A stretch of DNA of 64,000 nucleotides from the NCBI GenBank assembly GCA_964511075.1, contig CAZEDM010000004.1, positions 194,442-258,441 of the forward strand, written 5' to 3'. The notes under the pieces are model-generated. The model searched no databases, had not been told where the DNA came from, and saw nothing but the letters and a program-made list of their open reading frames with translations. The first letter of the stretch is position 1. Every line of letters begins with the position of its first letter. Source of the DNA: an uncultured Ignavibacteria bacterium (GTDB lineage: Bacteria; Zixibacteria; MSB-5A5; RBG-16-43-9). Of this stretch, positions 26,925 through 37,016 are shown piece after piece. The position numbers and the translations under genes are program-made.

Positions 26925-27647
26925 TTATTTAATTATATGTCCGATCCGGTTCCACCTCACCCTCTGGGGGAAATGAATGATATTATAGGCTATGTTCTTG
27001 GGAACGGAGAGAACATCATCGCTTCTTACCTCAGGGGCATTGGGGTCCGGCTTCCAGGAGTAGTGAATGATCATGGCATTACCCAGAACCAGCCTGCGAT
27101 CCAGAGGACCCCAGAACCGGCTGTCATAGCTGTTGTCCCGGTTATCACCCATCATAAAGATATGACCCATGGGAACGACATAGGGACCGAAATTATCCCG
27201 GTTGCCCATGCCACCGGGCAAAACGTTTCTATCGGTAAACTTGGAGTCGGTCGGATTGGGAAAAATCTTGCCGTTGACGTAAAGGACCTTATCCCTGATC
27301 AATATGGTATCTCCAGCCACTGCCACGCATCTCTTGATATAATTGACCTTCTGGTCCTGCGGATATTTAAAGATCACGATATCGCCGGCTTTCGGCTCCC
27401 GCAGTGCCGGCAGATGGATGTTGGTGAAGGGTATGGGCAGCTTGGAGCCGTAGATAAACTTGTTGGCTAAAAGGAAATCCCCGATCAAAAGCGTATCCTC
27501 CATCGAGCCCGAGGGTATCTTATAAGCCTCCACCACCGAGGTCTTGATCATCAGGGCCAAGATCAAGGCTATGGCAAAAGACTCGATATATTCTCTCAGA
27601 ACCGATTTTTTCTTCTGGGGTTTCTCCTTTTTGGAAAAAAGCTTCAT
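26925..27647 (-). CDS. lepB: Signal peptidase I
   Basis: Catalytic Ser box IPSGSMEDTLLIGD, then GDIVIFKYP, Lys box YIKRCVAVAGD, and MGDNRDNSYDSRFWG. Confidence 0.9.
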   Translation of the reverse strand: MKLFSKKEKPQKKKSVLREYIESFAIALILALMIKTSVVEAYKIPSGSMEDTLLIGDFLLANKFIYGSKLPIPFTNIHLPALREPKAGDIVIFKYPQDQKVNYIKRCVAVAGDTILIRDKVLYVNGKIFPNPTDSKFTDRNVLPGGMGNRDNFGPYVVPMGHIFMMGDNRDNSYDSRFWGPLDRRLVLGNAMIIHYSWKPDPNAPEVRSDDVLSVPKNIAYNIIHFPQRVRWNRIGHIIK

Positions 27648-27746
27648 CTTTCCTCCCTGAGTGATTTTCTATTTAATTATACGCTTCCACAGATGATAAG
27701 TTTTAGGATATTCTCCCACTTTTTTTTAAAGGAGAGCCGGGCCGAT

Positions 27747-29702
27747 TCAATTTTTTTGGCTGCCCTGATCTTCGTTATCGTCCTCTGTCTCAGGGGGCGT
27801 TTTCTGCTTAGCCCTCAGCCTCTCATATTCAGCTGTGTGTTTCTCCTCTAACTCGTTATGGGTGATCTTGCCGGTAAGCATACTGAAATTTATCGGATAG
27901 CTTTCCGGCTCCAAAAAGACGAAGAAGAAATGCCAGACCACGATGGCGGTGGAGGCTAAGATGGCTTCATAGAAGTGAATAGCCCTGAAAATATTCAAAA
28001 GCCAGGTGGGTATAAATTTCAGGAAGAAGTTCTCAAACCACATGGGGAACCCGGTGATAACCATCACCACAGCTCCCCAGATCAAAGCCCAGTATTCAGC
28101 TTTCTCCATATAGGCGTAACGGTCAAATTTAGGTCTTTCCTTTTGCAGTCCTAAGAAGTAGTTGATATTCCGAACCAGCAGGGTTATGTCGCCGGGAGTG
28201 GGAAAGATGGCTCCGAGCTGGGCTTTTCCCCTGCGGGTGAAAAGCATATAGTAGAGGTTATAGAGACAGGTGAGTATGAAGATCACCGCTGCCACCCGGT
28301 GGATATTGCTCCGGAAAACTGCACCGGTTTCTGAACTGACCATCCATCTGGCCCACCAGGAATCCGGGAATCTCAGGGCAAATCCGCTTACCGCTAAAAC
28401 GGTAAAGGTAATGAAGAGTAAAAGATGCTGGATTATCTCGCTGCGATTGAAGCGCACCACCGTTCCCTCTCTTGCCTGTTTATACCTATCCCTTACTGCC
28501 TTAAAGAGTATCAGGGCATTGTGCAGGAGCATCCCCCCGATGACCAGAATTATCAGAACTATGTAGATTCTTCTGACAACGTTAACCCCGGTCTCGCCTT
28601 GGGGAGAGACTGCTAAATGAATCTTGCCCCTGGCGAAGTTCTCCCCGGCATTGGGATGGCAGTTTCCACAGGTTTTGGAAAGATTGGCCGGGTTGATCGA
28701 GGATTTAGGATCATTTGAGGGTCTTATGTCATGATAACCATGACAGCTGGCGCAGTTAGCCACCTTCGTCCTTCCTGCCCTGCTATCCACCCCATGGTAA
28801 CTATCCAGATATTTGGTTACCCTTTTGGTAACCAACCCGTATTTGTCAGTGACCACCTCTGCAGAATGACACCAGGGACAGGTGGTTTTGGAGATATTGG
28901 AAGGATATACAGTCGAGGTTTTCACCCAGGGAGGCTGAATGGAATGCTCGCTATGACAATCCGTACACACCGGTGCCTTGGGGTTCTTCGCTAAGACACT
29001 TTTGCCGTGAACCGACTCAAGGAAAATCTCCTCATCTGAGGAGTGACACTTCCCACAGGTATTGGGAATGTTATATCTGTAAGTCAATGAGGTGGTGTCT
29101 GTATCCTCCTTAAGAGTATGGCTGGGGTGACAATCAGTACAGGCCGCCGCTATAAGCTCACCCTCCTTCAACGCTTTTCCGTGAATGCTCTTAGTATAAA
29201 GCGTATAGACGTCCCCGCCCCCGATATTGTATTTCTTTGCAGCTCCAGTATCCGTATGACAGTTGCCACACATCCTGGGAATATTCAGGCGATAGGTAGC
29301 GGACTGGGGGTCATCCACGCTTTTAATGTCGTGAGAGCCGTGACAATCCTGGCACCAGGGAGCATCCTTTATCCCCTGGAGATACTTTTTGCCGTGAAAA
29401 CTATTCTGATATTCCTCCTGCACGTCCCCATGACACGTCCCGCAGTCTACTTTACCGGGCTTTTCCTCGTGGAACTCGTCTTTCACTCCCACGTGACAGT
29501 CAACACAGGTAAAAACACCGTGGATGGAGTTTTCTACGATAGCGGGATCAACGTAAAGCGAGACCGTTTTACCCTCCTCATCCGTGGTCTCAAAACCCTT
29601 TTCCCCGTGGCAGGAAATACACATCTCCTCCTTAGCCCGGGACAGATTTGGTATAAGCATGAGAATCAATCCCAGAATAAGCAGCAGGCCATATCTTTTC
29701 AA
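27747..29702 (-). CDS. Undecahaem c-type cytochrome fused to a C-terminal membrane cytochrome-b-like domain (CbcL-like)
   Basis: Signal peptide present. Eleven CxxCH motifs (CISCH, CVDCH, CGTCH, CQDCH, CGNCH, CTDCH, CGKCH, CTDCH, CPWCH, CASCH, CGNCH). These are followed by about 5 TM helices with conserved His residues. Confidence 0.8.
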   Translation of the reverse strand: MKRYGLLLILGLILMLIPNLSRAKEEMCISCHGEKGFETTDEEGKTVSLYVDPAIVENSIHGVFTCVDCHVGVKDEFHEEKPGKVDCGTCHGDVQEEYQNSFHGKKYLQGIKDAPWCQDCHGSHDIKSVDDPQSATYRLNIPRMCGNCHTDTGAAKKYNIGGGDVYTLYTKSIHGKALKEGELIAAACTDCHPSHTLKEDTDTTSLTYRYNIPNTCGKCHSSDEEIFLESVHGKSVLAKNPKAPVCTDCHSEHSIQPPWVKTSTVYPSNISKTTCPWCHSAEVVTDKYGLVTKRVTKYLDSYHGVDSRAGRTKVANCASCHGYHDIRPSNDPKSSINPANLSKTCGNCHPNAGENFARGKIHLAVSPQGETGVNVVRRIYIVLIILVIGGMLLHNALILFKAVRDRYKQAREGTVVRFNRSEIIQHLLLFITFTVLAVSGFALRFPDSWWARWMVSSETGAVFRSNIHRVAAVIFILTCLYNLYYMLFTRRGKAQLGAIFPTPGDITLLVRNINYFLGLQKERPKFDRYAYMEKAEYWALIWGAVVMVITGFPMWFENFFLKFIPTWLLNIFRAIHFYEAILASTAIVVWHFFFVFLEPESYPINFSMLTGKITHNELEEKHTAEYERLRAKQKTPPETEDDNEDQGSQKN

Positions 29703-29968
29703 TTTCCTCTCCTTTCCAATCTTTACCCGTGTTTAACCATGTGAATAATTTCACTTTTTAAGTACCCAAGATATTTAATTGTATCTGGTATGTCAAGATT
29801 TTTTGGCAAAAAAATAGGGAGTAAATTAAGCTCCTTTTCTAAACCATATACCAGCCGTATAATGCCTTCAGGTCTTGATGTTTTTGCGTTACTTAAAATT
29901 CAGCCATTTAAAAAAATATGATTTTTTGTAAACCCAAAGGCTTACACTCCAGGCTCACAAAAAATACT

Positions 29969-31021
29969 TCATCTCAGAATATCGTTGTAACTCACATAGA
30001 TAATCAAAGCCAAAAGAAAAGCCAGGCCGATCTGCTGGATTATAGCCCTCTGTTTCAGGGAAAGAGGTTTCCCTCTCAGCTTCTCCAGGCCCAGGAAAAG
30101 CAGATGCCCTCCGTCCAATACCGGAATGGGAAGGATATTTATTATGGAGAGGTTGACCGAGAGCAGCGCTATGAAGGAGAAGAAGCTCGCCATCCCCAAT
30201 TTTGCCGTCTCCCCGGCTGTGCGGGCGATGAAGATCGGGCCGCCGACCATCTTCAGGGAAGCCGCACCGCTGAAAAGTCCGATCACGAATTTGACCGACT
30301 CGACCGTGATATAAACCGTCATCCCTACACCCTCTATAAACGACTGGAAGATGTTCAGCCGGACTATACTGAATTCCGGGCTTACCCCGATCTTTCCCAC
30401 ATCCTTGAGCTTTCCCTCTTCATCCATTATCTGGTCCTTGAAGGTGTTCACCTCTGCCTCCAAGATTTCGTTCCCTCTTCTCCATTTAATAAGCACAGGC
30501 TTCTCCACCTCTTTGTAGATTATCCCGGCCATATCATTGAAATTCTTGACCTGGATGCCGTTAACTGAGATGATCTGGTCTCCCTCCTTAAGCCCTGCCT
30601 TTTCCGCTGGAGTATCCTTGCCCACAAACCCTAAGGTGGTTTTATCGTAATGCACTATCTCTTTTCCGGAGAAAAAGGTAACTCCCCAGAAAACAAAAAT
30701 CGCCAGAAGGAAATTCATCAGGGGGCCGGCGAAGATTATCAAGCCCCTCTGCCAGATCCGCTTGCCCATAAACTCCCAGGGCTCCCATCTTTCCTTTTCC
30801 TCGTCCGGATTCTCGCCTGCCATCTTCACGTACCCCCCTAAAGGCACCCAGGAGATGCAGTATTCCGTCTCGCCTATCTTCTTGCCTATCATCTTCGGCG
30901 GGAATCCCAGGGAGAACCTCTCCACCCGTACCCCTGCTTTCTTAGCCACCAGGAAATGACCTAACTCGTGCACGAAGACCAAAATTCCCAGAACTACTAT
31001 GAAGGAGATCACACTTATCAT
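29969..31021 (-). CDS. rseP: Site-2 protease RseP (M50 zinc metalloprotease with PDZ)
   Basis: HELGHFLVAKKAG (HExxH), a PDZ segment, and NLSIINILPIPVLDGGHL. The ATG at 31021 overlaps the dxr TGA (ATGA coupling). The track ORF starts 15 codons earlier. Confidence 0.88.
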   Translation of the reverse strand: MISVISFIVVLGILVFVHELGHFLVAKKAGVRVERFSLGFPPKMIGKKIGETEYCISWVPLGGYVKMAGENPDEEKERWEPWEFMGKRIWQRGLIIFAGPLMNFLLAIFVFWGVTFFSGKEIVHYDKTTLGFVGKDTPAEKAGLKEGDQIISVNGIQVKNFNDMAGIIYKEVEKPVLIKWRRGNEILEAEVNTFKDQIMDEEGKLKDVGKIGVSPEFSIVRLNIFQSFIEGVGMTVYITVESVKFVIGLFSGAASLKMVGGPIFIARTAGETAKLGMASFFSFIALLSVNLSIINILPIPVLDGGHLLFLGLEKLRGKPLSLKQRAIIQQIGLAFLLALIIYVSYNDILR

Positions 31022-32196
31022 TTTTTGATCCTCTGAATAAGCCTGTTGCTTTCCTCCTTCGCACACCTGTCAGCCTCCAGGATATCCCTCAGACCCGGGC
31101 TCTGTTTTACCTTGTGCGAGGATAGAACTTTTCTCACCAGCAGGGGGATCTTATCAAAGGAAAGCTTTCTGTTTAAAAAAGCCCCGACTGCAACTTCGTT
31201 CGCCGCATTCAACACGCAGGGGGCAGTCCCGGCTTGCTCCAGGGCAAAATAGCAGAGCTTCAGCCCGGGAAACTTCCTCAGGTCCGGCTCGGAGAAGGTC
31301 AGATTCCCTGCCCGGGTCAAATCCAAGAAATTCTCGTTCGTCTCCATTCTCTCAGGATAGAGCAGGGCATACTGCAAAGGTATCTTCATGTCGGGCTTGC
31401 TCATCTGGGCTATGATGCTGCCGTCCACAAACTCCACCAGGGAATGAACTATCGATTGCGGATGTATCATAATCTTTATCTGCGAAGCCGGTACGTCGAA
31501 CAACCAGTGGGCCTCGATTAATTCCAAACCCTTATTCATCAAAGTGGCAGAATCCACGGTTATCTTTTTCCCCATCTCCCAGGTGGGATGCGAGAGTGCC
31601 TGTCGTATGGTAACCCTGGAAAAATCTTTCCTTTTGCTCGAATAGAATGGTCCTCCGGATGCAGTTAAAATCAGCCTTTTGACCTCCCTTTTTTCTCCTG
31701 CAAAAAGACACTGCTTTATGGCGGAATGCTCGCTGTCCACCGGCAGAATCTCTACTTTTTTCTTTCTGGCAAGAGAGATCAGTATCTCGCCTGCCATAAC
31801 CAGAGATTCCTTGTTGGCCAAAGCCAAAGTCTTCCCTGCCTGCAGGGTGTAAAAGCTGGGCAACAGCCCGGCTGAGCCGACTATGGCGTTAATTACCAGT
31901 TCCACCTCCGGCAGGGATACCATTTGATTGATATCGTCTGTTCCGTAATTTATTTTAACCCTGCTTCCCGAAAATTCCTTTTTGATTTTCTCGTAGGTGT
32001 CCTTTTGGGTCGACACCGCTACTTTCGGCTTGTATCTTTTAATCTGTTTTCTGAACAGCTCGGCATTGCTGTGCGCGGAAAGCCCCAGGACCTCGAACCT
32101 GTCTTTGAAGTTTTCCAGAACCTGCAGGGCGCTTCTGCCGATCGAGCCGGTGGAGCCTAAGACAACTACTTTCTTTTTCTTTTTACTCGCTACCAT
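31018..32196 (-). CDS. dxr: 1-deoxy-D-xylulose 5-phosphate reductoisomerase
   Basis: VVVLGSTGSIGRSALQV, LANKESLV, DSEHSAI, ASGGPF, HPTWEMGKKITVDSATLMNKGLELIEAHWLF. Confidence 0.92.
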   Translation of the reverse strand: MVASKKKKKVVVLGSTGSIGRSALQVLENFKDRFEVLGLSAHSNAELFRKQIKRYKPKVAVSTQKDTYEKIKKEFSGSRVKINYGTDDINQMVSLPEVELVINAIVGSAGLLPSFYTLQAGKTLALANKESLVMAGEILISLARKKKVEILPVDSEHSAIKQCLFAGEKREVKRLILTASGGPFYSSKRKDFSRVTIRQALSHPTWEMGKKITVDSATLMNKGLELIEAHWLFDVPASQIKIMIHPQSIVHSLVEFVDGSIIAQMSKPDMKIPLQYALLYPERMETNENFLDLTRAGNLTFSEPDLRKFPGLKLCYFALEQAGTAPCVLNAANEVAVGAFLNRKLSFDKIPLLVRKVLSSHKVKQSPGLRDILEADRCAKEESNRLIQRIKK

Positions 32197-32349
32197 ATCT
32201 TAACCTGAAAATCTCTTTTGAGTTTGAATATATATTTATTATATTTTTAAATCAAGGAATTTATTCCTCTATGGGTGAAGGAGCAGCTCCTTTGTTCCTG
32301 GTTTAGAAAAAAGAAACATGAACAAAGGGAAATCGTAAATAATAAGGTT

Positions 32350-33273
32350 ATGAAAAAAATTACCCAAGAACTCTTGGACAGGCTGAAAGAACGCGGATAT
32401 GACGGACGGATAGTATCTGCCCGGCACATCCCTGATTTAAAGGCGGAAATAGAAAAAAAGCACAGTTCTGGTCTTTTTGATGAGGAATTCTACAGGGAAT
32501 ATCTCATCTATTATTTTGACTTCAATTTCCCGAGGGAGTTGAGCCAGACAAAGTCTATAATTATCGCGGCTGTTCCCCAACCCCAGATAGAGGTTATCTT
32601 CAACTGGGAAAAAGAATCACATCATTTCATAATCCCTCCCACTTATATAGGTTATATAGACGAAGAGGTCAGAGGTCTGCTGAACGAGGTTCTAAGCCCT
32701 GAAGGATATAAAGTCGTCAAGGCAAAACTGCCCCGGAAACTTTTGGCAGTGAGAAGCGGGCTGGGATTTTACGGAAGGAACAATATATGTTATGTGCCTG
32801 GAATGGGGAGCTTCCACAGGCTTATGGTTTTTTGCTCTGATTTTCCCTGTTCAGAGGACACCTGGCAGGAGCCTAAGATGGATGAGAGATGCGAGAATTG
32901 CCAGAGCTGCCTGGACAACTGCCCAACCGGTGCTATAAGAGCCGAGAGGTTCCTTCTGCATGCAGAATTGTGCCTGACCTTCCATAACGAGAGAGAAAGG
33001 GATTTCCCTGACTGGCTCGACCCTGCCTGGCATCACTGCCTGGTTGGATGTCTTCGCTGTCAGGAGGTATGTCCCCAGAACAGCGAGCTCTTGAACTGGA
33101 TCGAGACAAGGGGAGAATTCTCCGAGGAGGAAACGTCTTTACTTCTCAGAGGCATTCAGCAGGATATGCTTCCCTCTGAGATGGTCAGAAAGTTAGAGGA
33201 GCTGGACTTGATCGAATATCTCAAAATCATCTCGAGAAATCTGAGCGTTATCCTAAAGAAGAAAACCAACTAA
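32350..33273 (+). CDS. 4Fe-4S protein, epoxyqueuosine reductase (QueG)-like
   Basis: [27 protein letters not shown] followed by [16 protein letters not shown] and [11 protein letters not shown] cluster motifs. The start is taken at MKKITQELL (32350) rather than the track start at 32275. Confidence 0.55.
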   Translation: MKKITQELLDRLKERGYDGRIVSARHIPDLKAEIEKKHSSGLFDEEFYREYLIYYFDFNFPRELSQTKSIIIAAVPQPQIEVIFNWEKESHHFIIPPTYIGYIDEEVRGLLNEVLSPEGYKVVKAKLPRKLLAVRSGLGFYGRNNICYVPGMGSFHRLMVFCSDFPCSEDTWQEPKMDERCENCQSCLDNCPTGAIRAERFLLHAELCLTFHNERERDFPDWLDPAWHHCLVGCLRCQEVCPQNSELLNWIETRGEFSEEETSLLLRGIQQDMLPSEMVRKLEELDLIEYLKIISRNLSVILKKKTN

Positions 33274-33283
33274 AAAAGGAGCG

Positions 33284-33616
33284 ATGATGTTAATTTCCAC
33301 CACACCCAATATCGAAGGCAAGAGGATAAAGAAGTATCTGGGACTGGTAAGCGGTGAGGCTATTTTAGGAGCCAATATCTTCAAGGATATTTTCGCCGGC
33401 ATAAGGGACATCGTCGGGGGAAGGTCTGCCGCATACGAGAAGGAATTGCGCAACGCAAAAGAAATCGCCGTAAGTGAAATGGAGGAGGAAGCAAAATCTC
33501 TTGGTGCCAACGCAGTGGTAGGAGTCGATCTGGATTACGAGACTATTGGTGTGGGGACCCGCGGAAATATGCTTATGGTAAGCGCCAGCGGCACCGCGGT
33601 GCTATATGAGGATTGA
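33284..33616 (+). CDS. ybjQ: YbjQ/UPF0145 family protein
   Basis: [43 protein letters not shown]...[13 protein letters not shown] is typical of the family. Confidence 0.8.
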   Translation: MMLISTTPNIEGKRIKKYLGLVSGEAILGANIFKDIFAGIRDIVGGRSAAYEKELRNAKEIAVSEMEEEAKSLGANAVVGVDLDYETIGVGTRGNMLMVSASGTAVLYED

Positions 33617-33719
33617 TGACCTTGTTCTCTAATTAGTAACCGTTCCCAAATATTTCGTTCTCCGCTTCGTAAAATATTGAAACTCGGTAATGTAACCTTT
33701 TAACCGGAGGCAAAATCTT

Positions 33720-34304
33720 ATGAAACAAACCATCCAGAATTTAGTAAAAGCATTTATCGGAGAGAGCCAGGCAAGGAACAGATACTCTTTCTATTCCAAG
33801 ATTGCCAAAAAGGAAGGATACGAGCAGATAGCCGAGATATTCCTGACAACCGCGGAGAACGAAAAAGAGCACGCCAGCCAGCTTTTCAAGATGCTCCAGG
33901 GATTGAAAGGCAAAAGCAAGGAAAATTTGGATGAGATAAAAGTCGAAGCTTCTGCCCCTACCATTTTAGGCAATACCGCGGAGAATCTGGAATCCGCCAT
34001 AAAGGGAGAACATTACGAGAATTCCGTGATGTATCCGGAGTTCTCCAAAACGGCTGAAGAAGAGGGATTACCTGAAATTTCCAGAAGACTCTATGCCATA
34101 GGCAAAGCAGAGGAGCATCACGAGGAAAGATACAAGAAGCTCCTGAAAGAGGTAAAAGCCAAAACCGTTTTCAAGAAGAAAGAAGAAGTTTACTGGGTAT
34201 GCCGTGAATGCGGGTACGTGCATTATGGCACGGAACCGCCGGAGAGATGCCCCTCCTGCGACCATGAGAGAAGTTATTATCAGATTAAATGTGAGGAGTA
34301 TTAA
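33720..34304 (+). CDS. rbr: Rubrerythrin
   Basis: Di-iron four-helix region (ESQARNRYSFYS, NEKEHA, EEHHEERY) plus a C-terminal rubredoxin-like CRECGYV...CPSCDH. Confidence 0.9.
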   Translation: MKQTIQNLVKAFIGESQARNRYSFYSKIAKKEGYEQIAEIFLTTAENEKEHASQLFKMLQGLKGKSKENLDEIKVEASAPTILGNTAENLESAIKGEHYENSVMYPEFSKTAEEEGLPEISRRLYAIGKAEEHHEERYKKLLKEVKAKTVFKKKEEVYWVCRECGYVHYGTEPPERCPSCDHERSYYQIKCEEY

Positions 34305-34326
34305 AATCTTTATTGCAGGGACAGAA

Positions 34327-34381
34327 TCCGCCTTAGGCGGACCGCTACATTTTTTCGGGCGACCACAAGGGTCGCCCCTAC
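34327..34381 (-). repeat. Two tandem GTAG-headed REP-like hairpins immediately after the miaB stop
   Basis: The minus strand reads GTAG-GGGCGACC-CTTGT-GGTCGCCC (34381->34357) and GTAGCGG-TCCGCC-TAA-GGCGGA (34348->34327). Confidence 0.6.
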
Positions 34382-34383
34382 AC

Positions 34384-35700
34384 TTACATTATCTCCCCGA
34401 AAAGGGTAAAACTATCCGCATCTGTAATTTTGACTTTTACAATTTCCCCAAGTAAATCTTTATCTTCTTTCTCTTTTGAAATTATCACCGTTTTATTACT
34501 TCTTCCCTTTCCTTTCCAGCTATTTTTATCCCTTTTGCTTTTGCCGTCTATCAGGACCTCTTCGGTTCTACCGATCAATTCCTGATTTTTTTTCTTGGCG
34601 ATATTTTTCTGCAGCTCTATCAAAGTCTGGAGCCTTTTTGTCTTCTCTTCCTGGGGAACATCATCCTCCAAAAGAAATGCCTTAGTCCCTTCCCTGGGCG
34701 AATACTTGAACATAAAGGCAGAATCAAATTCTATCTTTTTAACCATATCCAGGGTCTTTCGAAAATCATCCTCAGTCTCGCCCGGGAAGCCCACAATCAA
34801 ATCAGTGGTCAGGCTCAAATTCTGGATTTTGCCTCTGGTTAAATCTACCAGGCTCAGATAATCCGCTGAACTATATTTTCTGTTCATCCTTTTCAGGATT
34901 TTGTCCGAGCCGGACTGCAGGGGCAGATGAAGATGCTCGCATACTTTCTCCAAACCAGCCATAGCCTGGATTAACTTTGGAGACAAATCCTTGGGATGAG
35001 AGGTCATAAATCTGATTCTCCGAATTTCCGTATTCGAGACCTCTTTCAGAAGGTCGGCAAAATCATACCCCTCCTCTTTATAGGAGTTGACATTCTGCCC
35101 GATCAGGCTGACCTCCTTGCATCCGGATTCTATTAAGCACTGGACCTCTTTGATAATCTCCGAGACTTTTCTGTGTTTCTCCGCTCCCCGGACATATGGA
35201 ACAACACAGTATGAGCAGAAATTCTCACACCCCCTGGAGATTGCCACAAAGGCAGTGTATTTATTCCCTCTTTTAGGCAGAGCTTCGATTTCCCCTAACC
35301 CGGACAAAGAAAGAGCCACCAGGGGTCTCTCATTCTTCTCCTCCAGATATTCCGTAAGCTTGAAAAGCTCCTCAGTCCCCAGAACAAAATCCAGGGCTGG
35401 AACTTCCCTTAGGAATTTTTCACCTAATCTCTGAGCCATACACCCGATCACAGCTAATTTGACTTCAGGATTTTCCAGCTTGTATCTGGAAAGCTCATTT
35501 AACCTGCCAATTGCTCTGGTCTCCGCATGCTCCCTTACCGAGCAGGTGTTGACAATTATCAGGCTGGCTTCTTCAGATCTGTTGGTTATGGAATATCCTT
35601 TTTGCGTGAGGATACCCTTCAGCACCTCAGAATCATACACATTCATCTGACAGCCAAAGGTCTGGAAGAATACTTTTTTTGATGCAGGCTCTTTCCTCAT
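34384..35700 (-). CDS. miaB: tRNA (i6A37) methylthiotransferase MiaB
   Basis: UPF0004 N-domain FFQTFGCQMNVYDSE and VNTCSVREHAE, radical-SAM GCENFCSYCVVPYVRG, and a C-terminal TRAM domain. Confidence 0.9.
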   Translation of the reverse strand: MRKEPASKKVFFQTFGCQMNVYDSEVLKGILTQKGYSITNRSEEASLIIVNTCSVREHAETRAIGRLNELSRYKLENPEVKLAVIGCMAQRLGEKFLREVPALDFVLGTEELFKLTEYLEEKNERPLVALSLSGLGEIEALPKRGNKYTAFVAISRGCENFCSYCVVPYVRGAEKHRKVSEIIKEVQCLIESGCKEVSLIGQNVNSYKEEGYDFADLLKEVSNTEIRRIRFMTSHPKDLSPKLIQAMAGLEKVCEHLHLPLQSGSDKILKRMNRKYSSADYLSLVDLTRGKIQNLSLTTDLIVGFPGETEDDFRKTLDMVKKIEFDSAFMFKYSPREGTKAFLLEDDVPQEEKTKRLQTLIELQKNIAKKKNQELIGRTEEVLIDGKSKRDKNSWKGKGRSNKTVIISKEKEDKDLLGEIVKVKITDADSFTLFGEIM

Positions 35701-35924
35701 AAATGATATCTTTGCTCTTTTAACATTTCTTCTTTTATATCAATACGCTTCCCTGACTTCATCTGTTTTCAACACATTGGTGGCGGACATACTCTGAAGA
35801 GATAGGAAGTAAGCTATGGTTAAGGCCAAGGCCTATTCCTATGAGTATAGATGCAACAGATAACACTATTTATTCTAGAATCTGATATGACGGTAAATGC
35901 CTTTATTCATCAATACCATATACA

Positions 35925-36932
35925 TTATTGCCACCACTGTCCGATAAAGTAGATCCTTGTATCATCCAGCGAAAATACCGCATTATGACACAAGAAATCT
36001 GCTGGGAAATAGCCTGGAGTAATGACGTGGTTATCTGATCCATCAGAATTCATCATACAGAGATTATACTTACCTTCTCCCGCGATTGCAGCCAGAATAT
36101 ATACTATTTTATCTCCGGAGTGTGACCAGTTGGCAAAGCCCTGAGCGTACCCCTGGGAAGCGGTGCTGGTCAGGCTGGTTTCGGCACTGCCATCAGCAGA
36201 TATAACATAAATATCGTAGCCGCCCTGGGCAAAACTCACGTCCACCAGCCTCTCAAAAGCGATCTTATTTCCGTCAGGGCTGATTCGCGGGTCATAATCT
36301 CCAATAGGAAGGTTGGCATTGCCCCACAGGCCGGCATCAAGAGGGTCGGTTACCTGCTGGGGATCAGTGCCGTCCGATTTCACGGACCATATCTGATAAT
36401 CCCTGGTAAAAGCTATCCTTCCAGCGCTTCCCCAGTCGACGTCAGCGTCATGCCCGCCTGAATTGTAGAGTAACTGCTGATTCGTTCCGTCCCGGTTCAT
36501 GACGTAGAGATCCAGCGTACTGTCTCGCATTGAGAGGAAGACGATGCTTGAATCGTCAGGAGAAAAGGATGGATATGAATCGAAATAGTGATTGTCCGTG
36601 AGTCTGACCGGCACGCCGGCATTTACATCAAGGGTATAGATCTCGGAAGTTGTATCAATCCCAACCCCGCTCTGGGTTTTCCTGGAGAAGGCAAGATGAG
36701 TACCGGAGTTGCTCAGGTCGAGTCCCAGGATCTCGTCACCGGTGCTATAAAGCAAAACCACATCCTGCGAGGAAAGATCCAGGACATATATACCCCATTG
36801 ACCCTCATGGGGGACTGTCCTGTTTTTCGAATCCGTAGATTTCTTTTTACCGCATCCCATTGAGAATAACACCAGGATGCAAAAGGCTGAAACAAAAATA
36901 CAAATTGCTATTAAATTATTTCTTCCCCACAT
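35925..36932 (-). CDS. TolB-like (PD40) beta-propeller lipoprotein
   Basis: Lipobox LFSMGC. Repeated PD40-type blades (SFSPDDSSIVF, RISPDGNKIAF, WSHSGDKIVY). Confidence 0.7.
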   Translation of the reverse strand: MWGRNNLIAICIFVSAFCILVLFSMGCGKKKSTDSKNRTVPHEGQWGIYVLDLSSQDVVLLYSTGDEILGLDLSNSGTHLAFSRKTQSGVGIDTTSEIYTLDVNAGVPVRLTDNHYFDSYPSFSPDDSSIVFLSMRDSTLDLYVMNRDGTNQQLLYNSGGHDADVDWGSAGRIAFTRDYQIWSVKSDGTDPQQVTDPLDAGLWGNANLPIGDYDPRISPDGNKIAFERLVDVSFAQGGYDIYVISADGSAETSLTSTASQGYAQGFANWSHSGDKIVYILAAIAGEGKYNLCMMNSDGSDNHVITPGYFPADFLCHNAVFSLDDTRIYFIGQWWQ

Positions 36933-37016
36933 CTCTACCTCCCTTGAAAATATCTCCTGCGGTCAGCTCCCGAAAAAGGACGGTTGGGTATCGCTCATCT
37001 CTTGACATCTGGGAAT

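Noticed and set aside
26907-27470. 187-aa plus-strand ORF
   Set aside because: It is entirely antisense to the well-supported lepB gene, with a low-complexity product and no motifs.
28270-29744. Plus-strand ORFs (98, 63, 87 and 208 aa) opposite the multihaem cytochrome gene
   Set aside because: These are antisense shadows of a gene with 11 CxxCH motifs. There is no independent support.
29918-30568. 216-aa plus-strand ORF
   Set aside because: It is antisense to rseP, which has clear HExxH and LDG motifs.
34204-34455. 83-aa ORF spanning the rbr/miaB junction (…GRPQGSPLHLHY…)
   Set aside because: It is a reading frame through the two REP-like hairpins and the miaB 3' end, which is a typical repeat-translation artefact.
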